Assembly: GCF_006345805.1 (NCBI RefSeq)
Contig: NW_021833225.1
Coordinates: 1-64,000 of the forward strand
Length of the DNA stretch: 64,000 nt
Reading direction: 5' to 3'
Source of the DNA: Octopus sinensis
Taxonomy: Eukaryota
In this document: positions 36,760-49,649 of the stretch, one piece after another
Layout: the number at the start of each line of letters is the position of its first letter
Numbering within the stretch: the first letter of the stretch is position 1
Notes under the pieces: generated by a model
Seen by the model: the letters and a program-made list of their open reading frames with translations, nothing else
What the model was told of the DNA's origin: nothing
Database searches by the model: none
Position numbers and translations under genes: made by a program

Positions 36760-38883
36760 AGTGATGAGGTACATAGTGTAGGTACACTTTTGGCAGAAAA
36801 ATGGATGGATAAGGTGATCGGGGTACTCGGGAAGTGTGAGAAGGTTAACAGACTAAGACTAGCCATGTATAATGTGACAATGACATTTATCTCTGCATAT
36901 ACTCCACACACTGGACTGACAATGAAGACAAGGACCATTTCTATGACTCCCTGTATTAGATTACCTCAACAACAAAAGACAGTGGAATTATTAATCAAGG
37001 CTGATGACATTGGGAAGCATTCCAATGGATTTCATGGCATGCATAGAGGTTACAGCCTTAGTAGGTGAAATGAAGAGGGAACAAGGGTGTTGTAATGCAA
37101 ATGACCTGTTGATCTGCAACACTAACTTCAGAAAACCAGCTAACCACCTATTAATCTAGTGGGCACATAAACCAGCTACATTCTCATGAGAAACAGGTAA
37201 AAGCAGATGCTAGTGAATGTGAAGTTCTCCCCTGGTGAAAACTGTGCAACTCCACATAGGTTAGTGTGACTTTAGAGATTAGAGCTTGACAGAGTCAGAG
37301 ACTTAGTGATATTGTAACTGAAGCATTTGGTGAGAGGAGGAGACAGAGACATATTATGTAGAGGACAACTATAAATTCTTACAGGATAACCAACTGCAGG
37401 TGAGAGACATAATCTGCACTGGGGTGAAGCTTCATTAGACCAAGGATCATGTGGTGGTGGAACAATGTGGTAGATAGGGCCATAAAGTAGAAGAGATGGG
37501 TTTGAAAAGGGTGCAGAAATGTAGGTAGTAAAGGACTATATCAGGTAGCTAGAAAGGAAGCTAGACAACAGAGGAGAGGCAGAAAGAAAAGGTTCATCAA
37601 TGTCTTACAGCATGAGAATAACAGGCATGAGGTGTTCTGGACTGCAAAATAGTGTATAAAAAAGAATGTAGTTCTTGTGGGAGAGAAGTATGTGCAGATG
37701 GATAATGGCACACTTGCACTTAGTAATTAGATAAAGAAAGAGGCATGGAATGCTTTTAGAATGTGGAAAATACATGAAGAAGAGAGTATCCCTACAATGA
37801 CCCAACAAAGGGGCCAGCTGTCCTAGTTGACAGCAGTATGATAGTTAAGGCAATTAAGGATATTAAAACAGGGGAGGTCCCATCAGGAGTTATGGATATG
37901 ATACTTAGATTACGTAGTGGAGTAAGATACAGTATAATCATCCATATAGTTAATCAGGTTACACAGGTAGGTATCATATTCAATGACTGGTGTAGCAACA
38001 TTATAGCCAGCTATTAAAAGAGTAAAAGAGATGCTTTACAGAGGAATAATTACAAAAATCTCAGATTACTGGACCAGGTCATGAAAGTTATGGAGAGAGT
38101 TATAGCCCAATAAGGAACAAAATTACAGCAGATGAGATGCAATTTGGCTTTGTGCCAGGGAGTACAACTGCAGCTATCTTCTTAGATAACTGTGGAAGAA
38201 GTATTTAGCAAAGAATAAACCATTATACTTGGCATCTGCTGACCTGGAAAAAGACTTTGACTGATTCTCTCATACTGTGATAGGGTGGTCTCTGGGAAAG
38301 CTAGGGGTAGATGAACAGCTTGTGAAAGCCATACAAGCTATGTACAGTAAAGTGAGTTATCCAGGAGATCAGCAATGGATTTAGAGTACCGGTAAGAGTT
38401 CACTAGAGCTTGGTTTTCAGTCCCCTCATATTTCATATATTGCACCCCCAGGCCATAGTAGAGACTGGATCTCCCTGGGGAACTACTATAGGCTAATGGT
38501 CTCATTTCTCAGAGCAAGAATATAGACAAGACACTACTCCCTTCAGGTAAATGATCCTGCCTGATATGCAGGAAAGGTACAGGTAGGAATTCCATATAGT
38601 ACACCCAGTACAGGTTATAGACACACAAGTGGAGCAGTGGAATCACAGGATGGCTAATGGAGAAGGCTTGTATGTGGAAGATACACAGTAGCCATAAACA
38701 CAAAGAATATATAGGAAGTAGATTTTTGCAAATATCCCTGAAGCTTCCTGAAGGTAGTGGATAGTTACTATTACTTAGATGACCTAATTAGCAGTGGTGG
38801 AGGCTGTTCTGAAAATATAGTTGCTAGAACAATAGGATGAAGAAAGTGCAGAGAGATACTGGTTCTGTTTGCAACAAAAGGTT

Positions 38884-38919
<36 letters not shown>

Positions 38920-39230
38920 AAAAGTAGATTGTGTAATGCTTCCCTATGAACAACAACATTAAATGGTAGTGACATGTGGACTCTGAATATAGAGGACATG
39001 CAAAGACTAGAGAGGAATGAAACTAGTATGCTCCATTGGATGTGCAATGTCAGTTTTCATGTACAGCAAATTGGCATACAAGGAATCAAATGTAGCATGT
39101 AAAAGTGAAGACTGCACTGGTTTGGTTATGTGATGTATATGGATGAGAACAGTTGCATAAAGAAATGCTGGTTATTTAAAGTGGATGGAACTTGTTGAAA
39201 AGGGTGACATAGGAAGACAAAGAACTGAAT
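36760..39230 (+). mobile_element. Heavily decayed RTE LINE (APE-RT)
   Basis: VGTLLAEKWMDKVIGV and ISAYTPHTGL in ORF 36448-37068, then colinear nucleotide similarity to RTE copies 1 and 2 through the RT C-terminus. Confidence 0.85.
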
Positions 39231-39289
39231 GATTGGTGATTCATTATACTTGAGAAGATCCATCCATCACAGCAAATATAAGGTCCTAA

Positions 39290-39850
39290 GATCACTTTGG
39301 TTATGCTTGCTTATGTTGGGCACTGTCAAACATCCCCACATCTCAACTATTTACTCACCTGCTTCCCCAACATCAATCCCTCCTTGACACTATTACATCC
39401 CCTAACACTATGTATTGCCAATTATGGCCTTCCCTCAGTTTCCATCCTTCCTTCTAATTATTATCTCTTTCCACAAGCCTCTGTTCCCCAGCTCTTCTCT
39501 GCCATATTTTACCTTAACACCCTTCATACTTGCTCTTATTCTCTCATGTTTGCACCACACCCACTCACTATAATCACCCTTATGTATCTCTACATCCCTC
39601 TTCCCACTGCTCTTGTGCCTTGTTCATCATCCTCTACATTCTGATCCATTACCACTGGGTCACCTATTTCTCTCTCAACTTACACCCACTCCATAATGCT
39701 ATTTCGCATTAAGCCATGCCTCCTCTCCACATCATTCCCTACATTCCCTTCTACACCCATCTCTTCCTTCCCTCCTGATCCACTACCCATATTATCTCTT
39801 TCTCTTGGAAGGTTTTGCTCTAGCACCTCATCACAACCATCTGTCACTCA
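39290..39850 (+). mobile_element. Probable decayed Penelope-like 3' end, pyrimidine-rich
   Basis: Weak resemblance to the PLE C-terminal region; strong C/T skew like 44870-45560 reversed. Confidence 0.3.
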
Positions 39851-41351
39851 CCCATATCTAAATGTGGGGTAGCCATGCTTCTTTTCTATAGTAAGACACA
39901 TTTGCTTGTTCCTGGTATAAAGTCACACAGGGCTGTTTTTCTTCTTCTCCTTTCTTGTTTTTTTTGTCTTGCAAGTTACTTAGCAACTTCAAAACTGCCA
40001 GTGGCATGAAAAAGCATGCAGTACACACTGTAAAGTGGTTAGAGTTAGAAAGGGGGTATCCCGCCAGAGAAATGATCCCAAAGCTGAAACGGAGCATGAT
40101 GCAGCCCTGCAACTCACTGGAGCCAGTCAAACTATCCAACCTCTACTAACATAGAAAACAGACATTAAATGTTGATGATCATGATGGGGAAGATGATTAC
40201 AATGATGTATAGCTATCATTCTGGAGTGGATCACAAAATGAACATAGAAAATTTAGCACTATTTTGTAAAGAGAGTTAAAGACAAATATCACACCATGTG
40301 TGGACCAACAGCCATTCTGGTTTCAATTAGTCTACAAGAAAGCCGGCATGAAAGCCATGCAATTTTGGAATTGTATAAGAGATATTAAAACAATTTTCCT
40401 TTCATAATAAATCATACTTTGTAAACAATCCCTCAGACATTTCCTAATGCATTTCCATTTTTGCATAATTGTATGAATTCCTGTGTGTAGAATACAAATT
40501 CACAAAAATTTTCTGAAAATTCCAAGATATAAAAAATTTATGAGGGGTTATATGGTGTGCATAAAGCAGAATTTCGTCAATATTACATTTGTTTACAGTT
40601 GACATCACGTGCTGGAACATACAAAATTACAGCTTCCAAATTCTGTTTTATGACTGGATAAAAATTATGAAACTTTAAACTTCTGTAACTTTTTTTTTTT
40701 AAATTTCTGGAAAAAGTGAATTAGCCCCTGAGATTCAGTGTGGAGAATTGCATCAATACACCAAATTTTAAAATTTTCAATAAACTTTAAAATTACCAAA
40801 GAAAAAACTCCAGCTCAATCTGAATGTATACTTCACAGCACTATCATAAATCTACAAATTGTAAATAAAGTAAAATCTATTAACACATCTTTCTGTTTCA
40901 AGATGCACAATTCGTACAAGCAGTATCAGCCAATGTCAAAGTACACATACCACCACCATCATCAAAACCCCCACCCCACCAAATACTAATTAAACTTTAC
41001 AGCTTCCACATACGTAACCAGGAATCCTAAAATCTGTCAGTATTCTCAATGTGACATTGTAGAAAAATGGAGAGCTTCTGATGTTGTTTTTCATTCTAGT
41101 ATGCTACAAGTGTTCATGCTAACACAGGTTATTCTGTCTTCAACTGTGTCTGTAGCATCAAATGAGCAAACATCCAGTACATTCACCATTTGAAGAACAG
41201 GCTCTGTACCACAATGACACAGCACCCTCTAGCACATAGTGCCATAATGCATAATAAAAATGTATGGCACATCCTTGTAGAAAGTTTCATTACAAAAACG
41301 AGTGCACAAAGAAAAGTTTTGGGAATGATTTGAGACACTTTTCCATGTGTA

Positions 41352-42410
41352 CGAATGTGGGATGAAAATTTCATAGGCTGACTATAAAAGAGTGATGCAA
41401 GAGCTGTGAAATCTTGCTTGCATTAATTTCAATTCTCCTATTTAATAAATGCATTGTTTCTTTCCAGATATAATGATATCTGACTGTCCGGAGAAAACTT
41501 CAAAAATAACTATTAGCAACTTCTCTGGAAAACAGACAAAATTTGGTATCATGCTGTAATCAAGTACCTGCAGGGAAAGGTACTTTTCATGTACAGCAAA
41601 TTGGCATACAAAGAATCAAATGTAGCATGTAAAAATGAAGACTGCACTGGTTTGGTTATGTGATGTATATGGATGAGAACAGTTGCATTAAGAAATGCTG
41701 GTCATTTAAAGTGGATGGAACTTCTCAAGGACATTCATGCCGACATTATTCATGTAGACATGATACATTAAGGGTTGACACTCCTGCCTTGTTGTCAGTA
41801 CAAAAGTGGCAGCTAAATTTAGCAAGGGAAGAGATAGTCTTCAGAAAAATCATGGTTTGGATGTCCTGCAGCTGCTGCTGCCACCACGGAAAACATTGTG
41901 TTCATCACATAATGATGAATGATTGGCGATTGACTATAACTTAAATACCCAGTGCTATTAGTATATCCTGTGAGAGTTGAGATATTCTGCAAAATGAACA
42001 TAGCATGATGAAGGTTTCTGCTCGCTGAGTGTCACATGTTCTGACACCTGATCAAAAATGCATCAGGTTGATCACATGAGAACATCTGACATTGAGGTGG
42101 ATCCAGCACGTTTCCTTGATTGTTTCCTAACCCAGGATGTTTTTGGGTTCATCACATTGAGCCAGAGACAAAGAAGCAATCCATGCAAGTGGAAAGAAAC
42201 ACCTCTCTTCACCTGTTCCACTGAATGACAAGGTTGTTTCATCTAGAGAAGGTTATGGCCCGGATTTTTTGGAATATAAAAGACGTTGTGCTTATTGACT
42301 GTCTTCATAAGGGTCACACTTTCAATGGAGAGTGCTATGCCAACTTGCTAAGGCAGTTACGAAAGACTACTAAGACCAAAAGCCCAGGAAGACTGATGAA
42401 GAGGGCCGTG
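41352..42410 (+). mobile_element. mariner fragment, 3'-truncated
   Basis: AVIKYLQ...KDIHAD N-terminus split by a 140-bp insert; KVMARIFWNIKDVVLID and FHQENAPAH in ORF 42225-42500. Confidence 0.82.
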
Positions 42411-42762
42411 TTTCATCAGGAGAATGCTCCAGCACACAGGTCCTATTCAGTCGACCCCCATAATAAAAACATTATTATTATACTTCTGTTTTGGTATTAA
42501 GAATGAAAAGTCTATCTTGTCCGTAGAAACTTTTGGACTTTGCTTTGCACACCCCAAGCAAATTTAGTTCCTGGTCACTGGATTAGTGTCTAATGGCGTC
42601 ACTGAGCTAATGTATGCATATACAGACTTGAGACGGATGTGTCTGTATGTATGTCACACACATCCGTCTGAAGACTGTATACGCATCGTAGCACAGTATC
42701 TCTAATGTACATATGCACGCACACACAAACACGATTTATAACTTTTAGGCGGATGTAAACAG

Positions 42763-42811
<49 letters not shown>

Positions 42812-42813
<2 letters not shown>

Positions 42814-43532
42814 TGTACCTACACAATTGTGCCCCACCACCGATTTGTTTCCTCATAACTTACTTTTTCGAATGAAATGCTTTACAATTGGGATTCAGAA
42901 GGTGTAGATTTCGATTATATTGAAACTTGTTGCGAAAAAGTTTTTCCGAGTGTCGGGAGAGCAGTTTCGGAAAATTTATACGAGTTGGCTTTGTTTCTAC
43001 CTAACTTTCAGTAAAATAGATTTTTCGTTTAGGAAATTTTCTATAAATACCTTTCAAATAGTGTATATTACGATTGTATCGAATTTAAAATGAAAGAGTA
43101 ATTGGCGGTCTCGCACAAATACACACTGATATAAATCACAAAATGAAACTCGAAAGTTCAATAAGAATTGTGATGTTTGTCATTATAAATGGGAGCAAGC
43201 CCACATCTTTTTATTTTCTTTTACATATTAAATTCCAATACAAACATAATCTACACTATCTGAATGGTGTTTATAGAAAATTTCATTAAAAAAGGGAAAA
43301 AATGTCCAGTTTCCTGAAAGGTATGAGAAAACAAAACAGACTTTTGTGAATTTTCGGAAACTCTCCTCCCCACCTTCGAGAAATTTTTTTCTATAACTAA
43401 TGCCGATATAACTAGAATCTACAACATCTGAAGTATATTTATAACATCTCATTAAAAGATATCAATTTTTCAGGACGTGACGCGGAAACAAATCGGGTAG
43501 ATGGTGGTGAGGACAAACACGGGTAAATTACC
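42812..43532. mobile_element. Old foldback element / MITE with ~280-bp degenerate inverted arms
   Basis: CCGATTTGTTTCC vs GGAAACAAATCGG; AAATTTTCTATAAATACCTTTCAAATAGTGTA vs reverse complement of 43250-43285; arms ~42812-43088 and ~43230-43532. Confidence 0.78.
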
Positions 43533-44869
43533 AAAACAAACACGTAGGTATGACACACACATGTGTGTGTCACCTTGTCTTTCGAATTATTAAAACAAAA
43601 TTCAAGTCTTACAGTTTTGTTGTGTGATATGCAGCGGTTGAAAGGAGTTTTGCAAACACCACTACAAGTTTCCGTGTGAGTGTGTGTGTGTTAAAGTATA
43701 TAAATGTGTTTAGATAGACATATATATGTTTCAAATAATACATGTAACTCCTACAAAATGTGTTGAGAGCCCTTTTTTTTCGTTTGTCCACTAACTCGTG
43801 TGTGTGTGTGTATAATTGATATACATATATCGTCAGTAAATCATAAATGCGAAGAAGCACTCTCTCTCTCTCTCTCTACATATATATATATATATATATA
43901 TGAATGTATAGAGATAATATATATATATATGTATTATCGGATAACAATAAAAAAAATTATCAACGTGTGTCTACACATTTTATGCGTGCATGTTTACATA
44001 AGCTACTGTGCTTTTTGTGAGGCGCTTAAATAGACATAAAACCTCCAAATTTAAACCGAATATGAACTTCTGTAGTTGGACAGTTGAAATTATAAAGCAA
44101 GTTGTGTTTTCTTGTATTCAAGCTTTAGATGAATATTAAACATTTACTTACCGGCAACAATGATATCCTTACATTTACATTATATAGTGTAAACGCGGAT
44201 GTAAAACTTAAACCAAGCCCGTTTAGAAGATCAGAATATATTTTTACCTTGCTTATCGACAACTTTTAGGACAACCAATTGTTTTGTTGTCTACTTATCT
44301 CTCTCTCTCTCTCTCTCTCTCTCTTACCCTCACTATAACTATCGTTCTATTATCGTCTAACCAATTAGGTTATGTAGATAAATAAGCTGAAAGCATTTCA
44401 ATGTTGTATGTCCGTTTAGACTCTTCTACTTTCGCTTCCTTCTTTTTTTTCTCTGTGTAATTTATTCTTCTCTCTTTCTTCTACTCTATTTTCACTTCCA
44501 TTCCACCGTATAAAGAATGAAACCATTCATCACAGAGAGAGGGGGTGAAGAGAGAGACAGCGGTTATAAATTGTTTTCTTTGTCTCCCTAATTCTTGGCT
44601 TTAGTTTTGGCTCTCTAATTTCGATTTTGTTCACCTCCACCCACCTCTTTCTCATTTTCAGGAGTTATTCTTTTTACACTATCCCCAACTCCGCATCTCA
44701 AAGTTGGCTCTCGTTTATTAAACATCGTTCCTCTGAGCTTGGGTTACCTTCAGACAGTTCTGCACCGTGAAAGCCACCATCATCTTCATCATCGTTATCA
44801 TCACCATCATGATCATCATTTTACATCTGTCTTCCATGCTGTTATTGGCTGGACGTGTCTTGCTGTGGA

Positions 44870-45560
44870 GGAGATATATGGCTATTCCAACTGAAAAGGG
44901 AGAAAATATGGTGGTGATGAGATGTCAGAGCATATCTTCAAGAGACAGGGGACAAGGAGGGGTGGATGAGTAAGTTCACAAGTGAATGAAAGGGGAAGGA
45001 CGAATGGTTCGAGATGGAGATAGAGATGAAATGTAGTGGATGGTGAACATGGATAAAAGCAATCAATTGCGAATTTCAGTTTGGAAAGAAGTGAAGGAAA
45101 ATAGGAATGGATCGGGGAAGATGAGGTGATAAGTGGCAATACTTAAAGGGTCAGTTGTGGAGAGAAATAGAGGAGTGGTGTGAAGTGTGTGGAGTTGGGG
45201 AAAGAGGTAAGTACTGTACAGAGGTACATAAAGATCAAAACGGTGAGTAACAAACAAAGGTGGGAAAGCCCAACAATAGCTGATGTGTGAATGTGTTTGG
45301 GGTTAATGGGGCATTCAGTGGAAAATATAGTGGTGAAAGATGACATTGCAAATAAAAGATGGTTGACAAGGGAAGTGATTCCAAGTAGAAATGGTTCCAA
45401 AAACAAAAGTTGGATGAACTATGTGCAGTTTTGTTCTCATATGATTATAGTAGTTGCATAAATAGTGCCATAATTGAGTGATGGAGGAGCTGATATTATA
45501 AAGAAAGTTGTAGGGAAGGTTTGATTGGGACAGATTTCTTGTGGGATTATAGGCATATAC
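44870..45560 (-). mobile_element. Probable decayed Penelope-like GIY-YIG / 3' region
   Basis: Minus strand weakly resembles PLE C-terminal motifs; purine-rich on plus. Confidence 0.35.
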
Positions 45561-45639
45561 AATATGCTTTTAGAATCTTGATTTTTGGCGAGATAGAAAG
45601 GTTTTCTTGAGCACAGCAAGTCACCAGTCATCTCTGTTT

Positions 45640-46230
45640 ATATCATCTCTTGCATGAGGCTCAATATCATGAAATTGATTTTCTTTATGTCATCCCATAT
45701 CTTCCTGGGTTTCCCTCTTCCATAAATTCCATCCACATTTAGCAATCAGCACATCTTTATGCAGCTGTCCTCATCAATGTGCATCACATTACCATACCAT
45801 TGCAGTCTTCTCCCTTGCACACTTCACCAGGTGGCTCTTATGCCCAATTTTTCTCTGAACAGATTTCCTCTTTGCAGTATATTGCCTTTTGACATGGCAC
45901 ATCTGGTAAAGCATGCTAATTTCATTTCTTTGTAATCTTAACATGTCTTCTGCTTTCATGGACTATGTTTCACTACCATGTAACATTGCTTGTCATGTAC
46001 ACTATCAGTCTGAGAGAGACACTTTGATATCAACAGAGGTAATAGCTCTCAGAACTTTCTTCAGTCACTTCTAATTTTAGCAACTGTGCTTTCAGAACAT
46101 CCTACTCCTCTACTAATTAGGTCATCTAGTTAACTGCAACTACCTTCTATCTATAAGTAGATTAAATGCACTTGAACCCAGGTAGTACAATCATAGCTCA
46201 CTTTGAGGGAACATCAACCCACTGGAAAGA
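45640..46230 (-). mobile_element. Old RTE RT C-terminal fragment
   Basis: Minus strand aligns with the RLRWYGHV and RGRPRKTWDEV coding region of RTE. Confidence 0.7.
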
Positions 46231-46313
46231 ATGGATCCAAATGTATCACATTAACAAAATATGGAATATTTACTACTGAAATAAATGTGATTGCTTTGAA
46301 TCACAAGTGATTG

Positions 46314-47082
<769 letters not shown>

Positions 47083-47090
47083 GTGTGTGT

Positions 47091-47394
47091 GGAGGCGCAA
47101 TGGCCTAGTGGTCAGGGCAGCGGATTCGCGATCGCAGGATCGCGGTTTTGATTCCCAGACCGGGCGTTGTGTGTGTTTATTGAGCGAAAACAGCTAAAAG
47201 CTCCACGAGGATCCGGCAGGGGGTGGTGATCCCTGCTGTACTCTTTCACCACTCTCTCTCCCACTCTTTCTTCTGTTGGCCTGCTCGCTTAGCCAGCGGG
47301 TTGGCATCATTCGAAGGCTAAAACAATGCGAACACATTGTGACCAGCGATGTGTAACAACATCTGATGGTCTGGTCGATCATGTGATCACGTGA
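47091..47394 (+). mobile_element. tRNA-derived SINE, relatively young
   Basis: A box TGGCCTAGTGG and B box GGTTTTGATTCC in a tRNA-like head followed by a ~230-bp body; CpGs retained; microsatellites on both sides. Confidence 0.85.
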
Positions 47395-47669
47395 TATATA
47401 TATATATATATATATATCACCCACAAGGAGACTAATGAGCAAAGTAATTACTATATATAATGAAAAATAAAGGCATTAGAGGAGCAATGCATACCCAGTG
47501 TGCAAATAATTTTTTCATAAATTATAGTGTGGCTCACAATGCACTGCTTGCCCATGCTTTTTAAACTGAAGTGAAATAATTTTTTTTAAGTATCACCATT
47601 ATAGGTATTTATACTCCAGTGAAATTAAGAAATCAACTTATCTATAAATGAAACCCTCAACTCTATCAG

Positions 47670-48150
47670 TGTACACACTCACACATGCACATACACATAC
47701 ACACGCACATACATACACACAATTACATATCTAAGTATGTATTTGTGTATGTGCCCACACATATCTATGTGCATAGGTACACCATGAATTATACACATGC
47801 AGAAGAGGGTGATTCATATGAAAAAGAAAGTGAGCAAAATAATATGACCACTTCTCAGGAAATTTGAAAGGTTGATTTAAAAAAAAAAATTAAGTATCAC
47901 CATTACACAAACACAGACACACACACACACAGACACAGACACACACACACATACACACACATACACACACATACACACATACAGTCACATATTTATGTAT
48001 GTATGTATGTATGCACACGTGTCTACATGCATAGTTACACCATGACCTATACACATGCAGACGAGGGTCAATTCATATGAAAAAGAAAGTGAACAAAATA
48101 ATACGACTGTTTACTTATCGGGAAATTTGTAAGTTCAATTTAAAAAAACA
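47670..48150 (+). repeat. Old local tandem duplication, two ~230-bp units
   Basis: TACACCATGA..TATACACATGCAGA.GAGGGT.ATTCATATGAAAAAGAAAGTGA.CAAAATAATA at ~47777 and ~48037. Confidence 0.8.
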
Positions 48151-48407
48151 GGGGGGGGTGTCAGATAATCAAACCAGTCATTCATCATTTTGAACTACTC
48201 ACCCAGTGAGTATTTCTACCAAATGTAGTGAAAATTCATTCAGCCATTTTCCAGTAATTTTACAAACACACAGACAAACAGAAAAAGGCAAGTGATTACA
48301 ATACCCTGCTTTCACTTATGCGTGCAGGGTAATGTTGAGAAATAATGATTGTCTTAAAAAGTGCTGAAAAAGAAAGCCTACAGGAAATATAGGTTAACAT
48401 ACTTATA

Positions 48408-48962
48408 CAGTGATTCCTCGCTTCTTCACGGTTCAACTATTGCGGATTCATGACTTTGCAGATTTTTAAAATATATATATATGAACACCTAAAATTTTTC
48501 ATTGCTCTTTGAACAGAAAAAGAAGCAGCAGCAGCAACTTCCTATCACAATGTTTTTGCAGCCTCGCAAAAAAGAGCCAGCTCCCGCTACTACTACTGTT
48601 GCACCTTCGGAAGAAGTGGAAGAGATGTCCCAGGAAAGGGCACCGCCGTCAGCTTCATCATCATCATTTCTACTGCGCAGCAAATTCATCACTATCATCA
48701 TTCAAATTTAACTTCAACTTCTTTCGTTTTGAGTACAGTAACAATCTTTATTTTTTTAAAATCTAAAGTGTTATTGCTTAACAATTGTCCTTGTTATTAA
48801 TAGACTACTGTAATGGGAGGGTTGTTAACAGTACAGGGAGGGTTTTAAAAGTCCAAATACACATTAAATAAATACTGTAAATTTGGTGTCCCTACTTTGC
48901 AGAAATTCAGTTATCGCGGCCGGTCTTGGAACCAATCTACCACAAAAAATGAGGGATCACTG
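48408..48962 (+). mobile_element. Tigger/pogo-like deletion derivative
   Basis: TA|CAGTGATTCCTC ... GAGGGATCACTG|TA termini; KKKQQQLPITMFL resembles a Tigger transposase C-terminus. Confidence 0.85.
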
Positions 48963-49302
48963 TATACATGCCAGTAGGTGTATCATAAATAGATACACAT
49001 GAACCTAGGCAGTATAGTCTTATTTCATCTATGTGATATATTTTGTCACTGAGAATGCAGATAGACTCGACAAGTTGTGGTGCTATAGCTTTATGTCTGA
49101 AATAAATAGGAAGAATAATCATCAAATACATCACATAAACATTAGACATCTTGATATTTTGGTAACTATTCAACTCTGAACCACTGTTGAACTGAAGAGA
49201 GTTACTCATTTAGCCACATGTAGTTGTTGATCCAAACATGAATGCATACATATGTACATAAGTACAGATGCACAAGCAAACACACTTATGCATGCATGCA
49301 CG

Positions 49303-49392
49303 CATACATACATACATACATACATACATACATACATACATACATACATACATACATACATACATACATACATACATACATACATACATACA
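49303..49392. repeat. (CATA)n microsatellite
   Basis: Direct reading. Confidence 0.97.
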
Positions 49393-49649
49393 GTCATGCA
49401 TATCATGGCATTCATTACAGATATGTTGGTAATGTGGACTATTCATTTTCATGGATAATGTTTATTAACCCCAATAGTTTTTGCCATTAATACAAGCCTG
49501 GGAAAAGAAATGCTAATCTTCTTTGAGTAAATGCAAAGAAACAACCTTTTTTGAAAAGGTTGTAGTATAAATCAAACAGTGAAGTACATACCACATGAAA
49601 TGTTGCTATACATACACCATGTTGATGAAAAAACCTGGAGTCAACTATT

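Noticed and set aside
43302-43326. First coding exon ATGTCCAGTTTCCTGAAAG|GTATGA and nearby promoter-like motifs
   Set aside because: Lies inside the right arm of the foldback element; no linked downstream exon found.
44146-44260. Minus-strand exon ending CCG|GTAAGT
   Set aside because: Good donor but no in-frame ATG or clear acceptor; a 5' UTR exon cannot be excluded without RNA data.
47091-47165. tRNA gene
   Set aside because: No proper acceptor or anticodon pairing; it continues into a SINE body.
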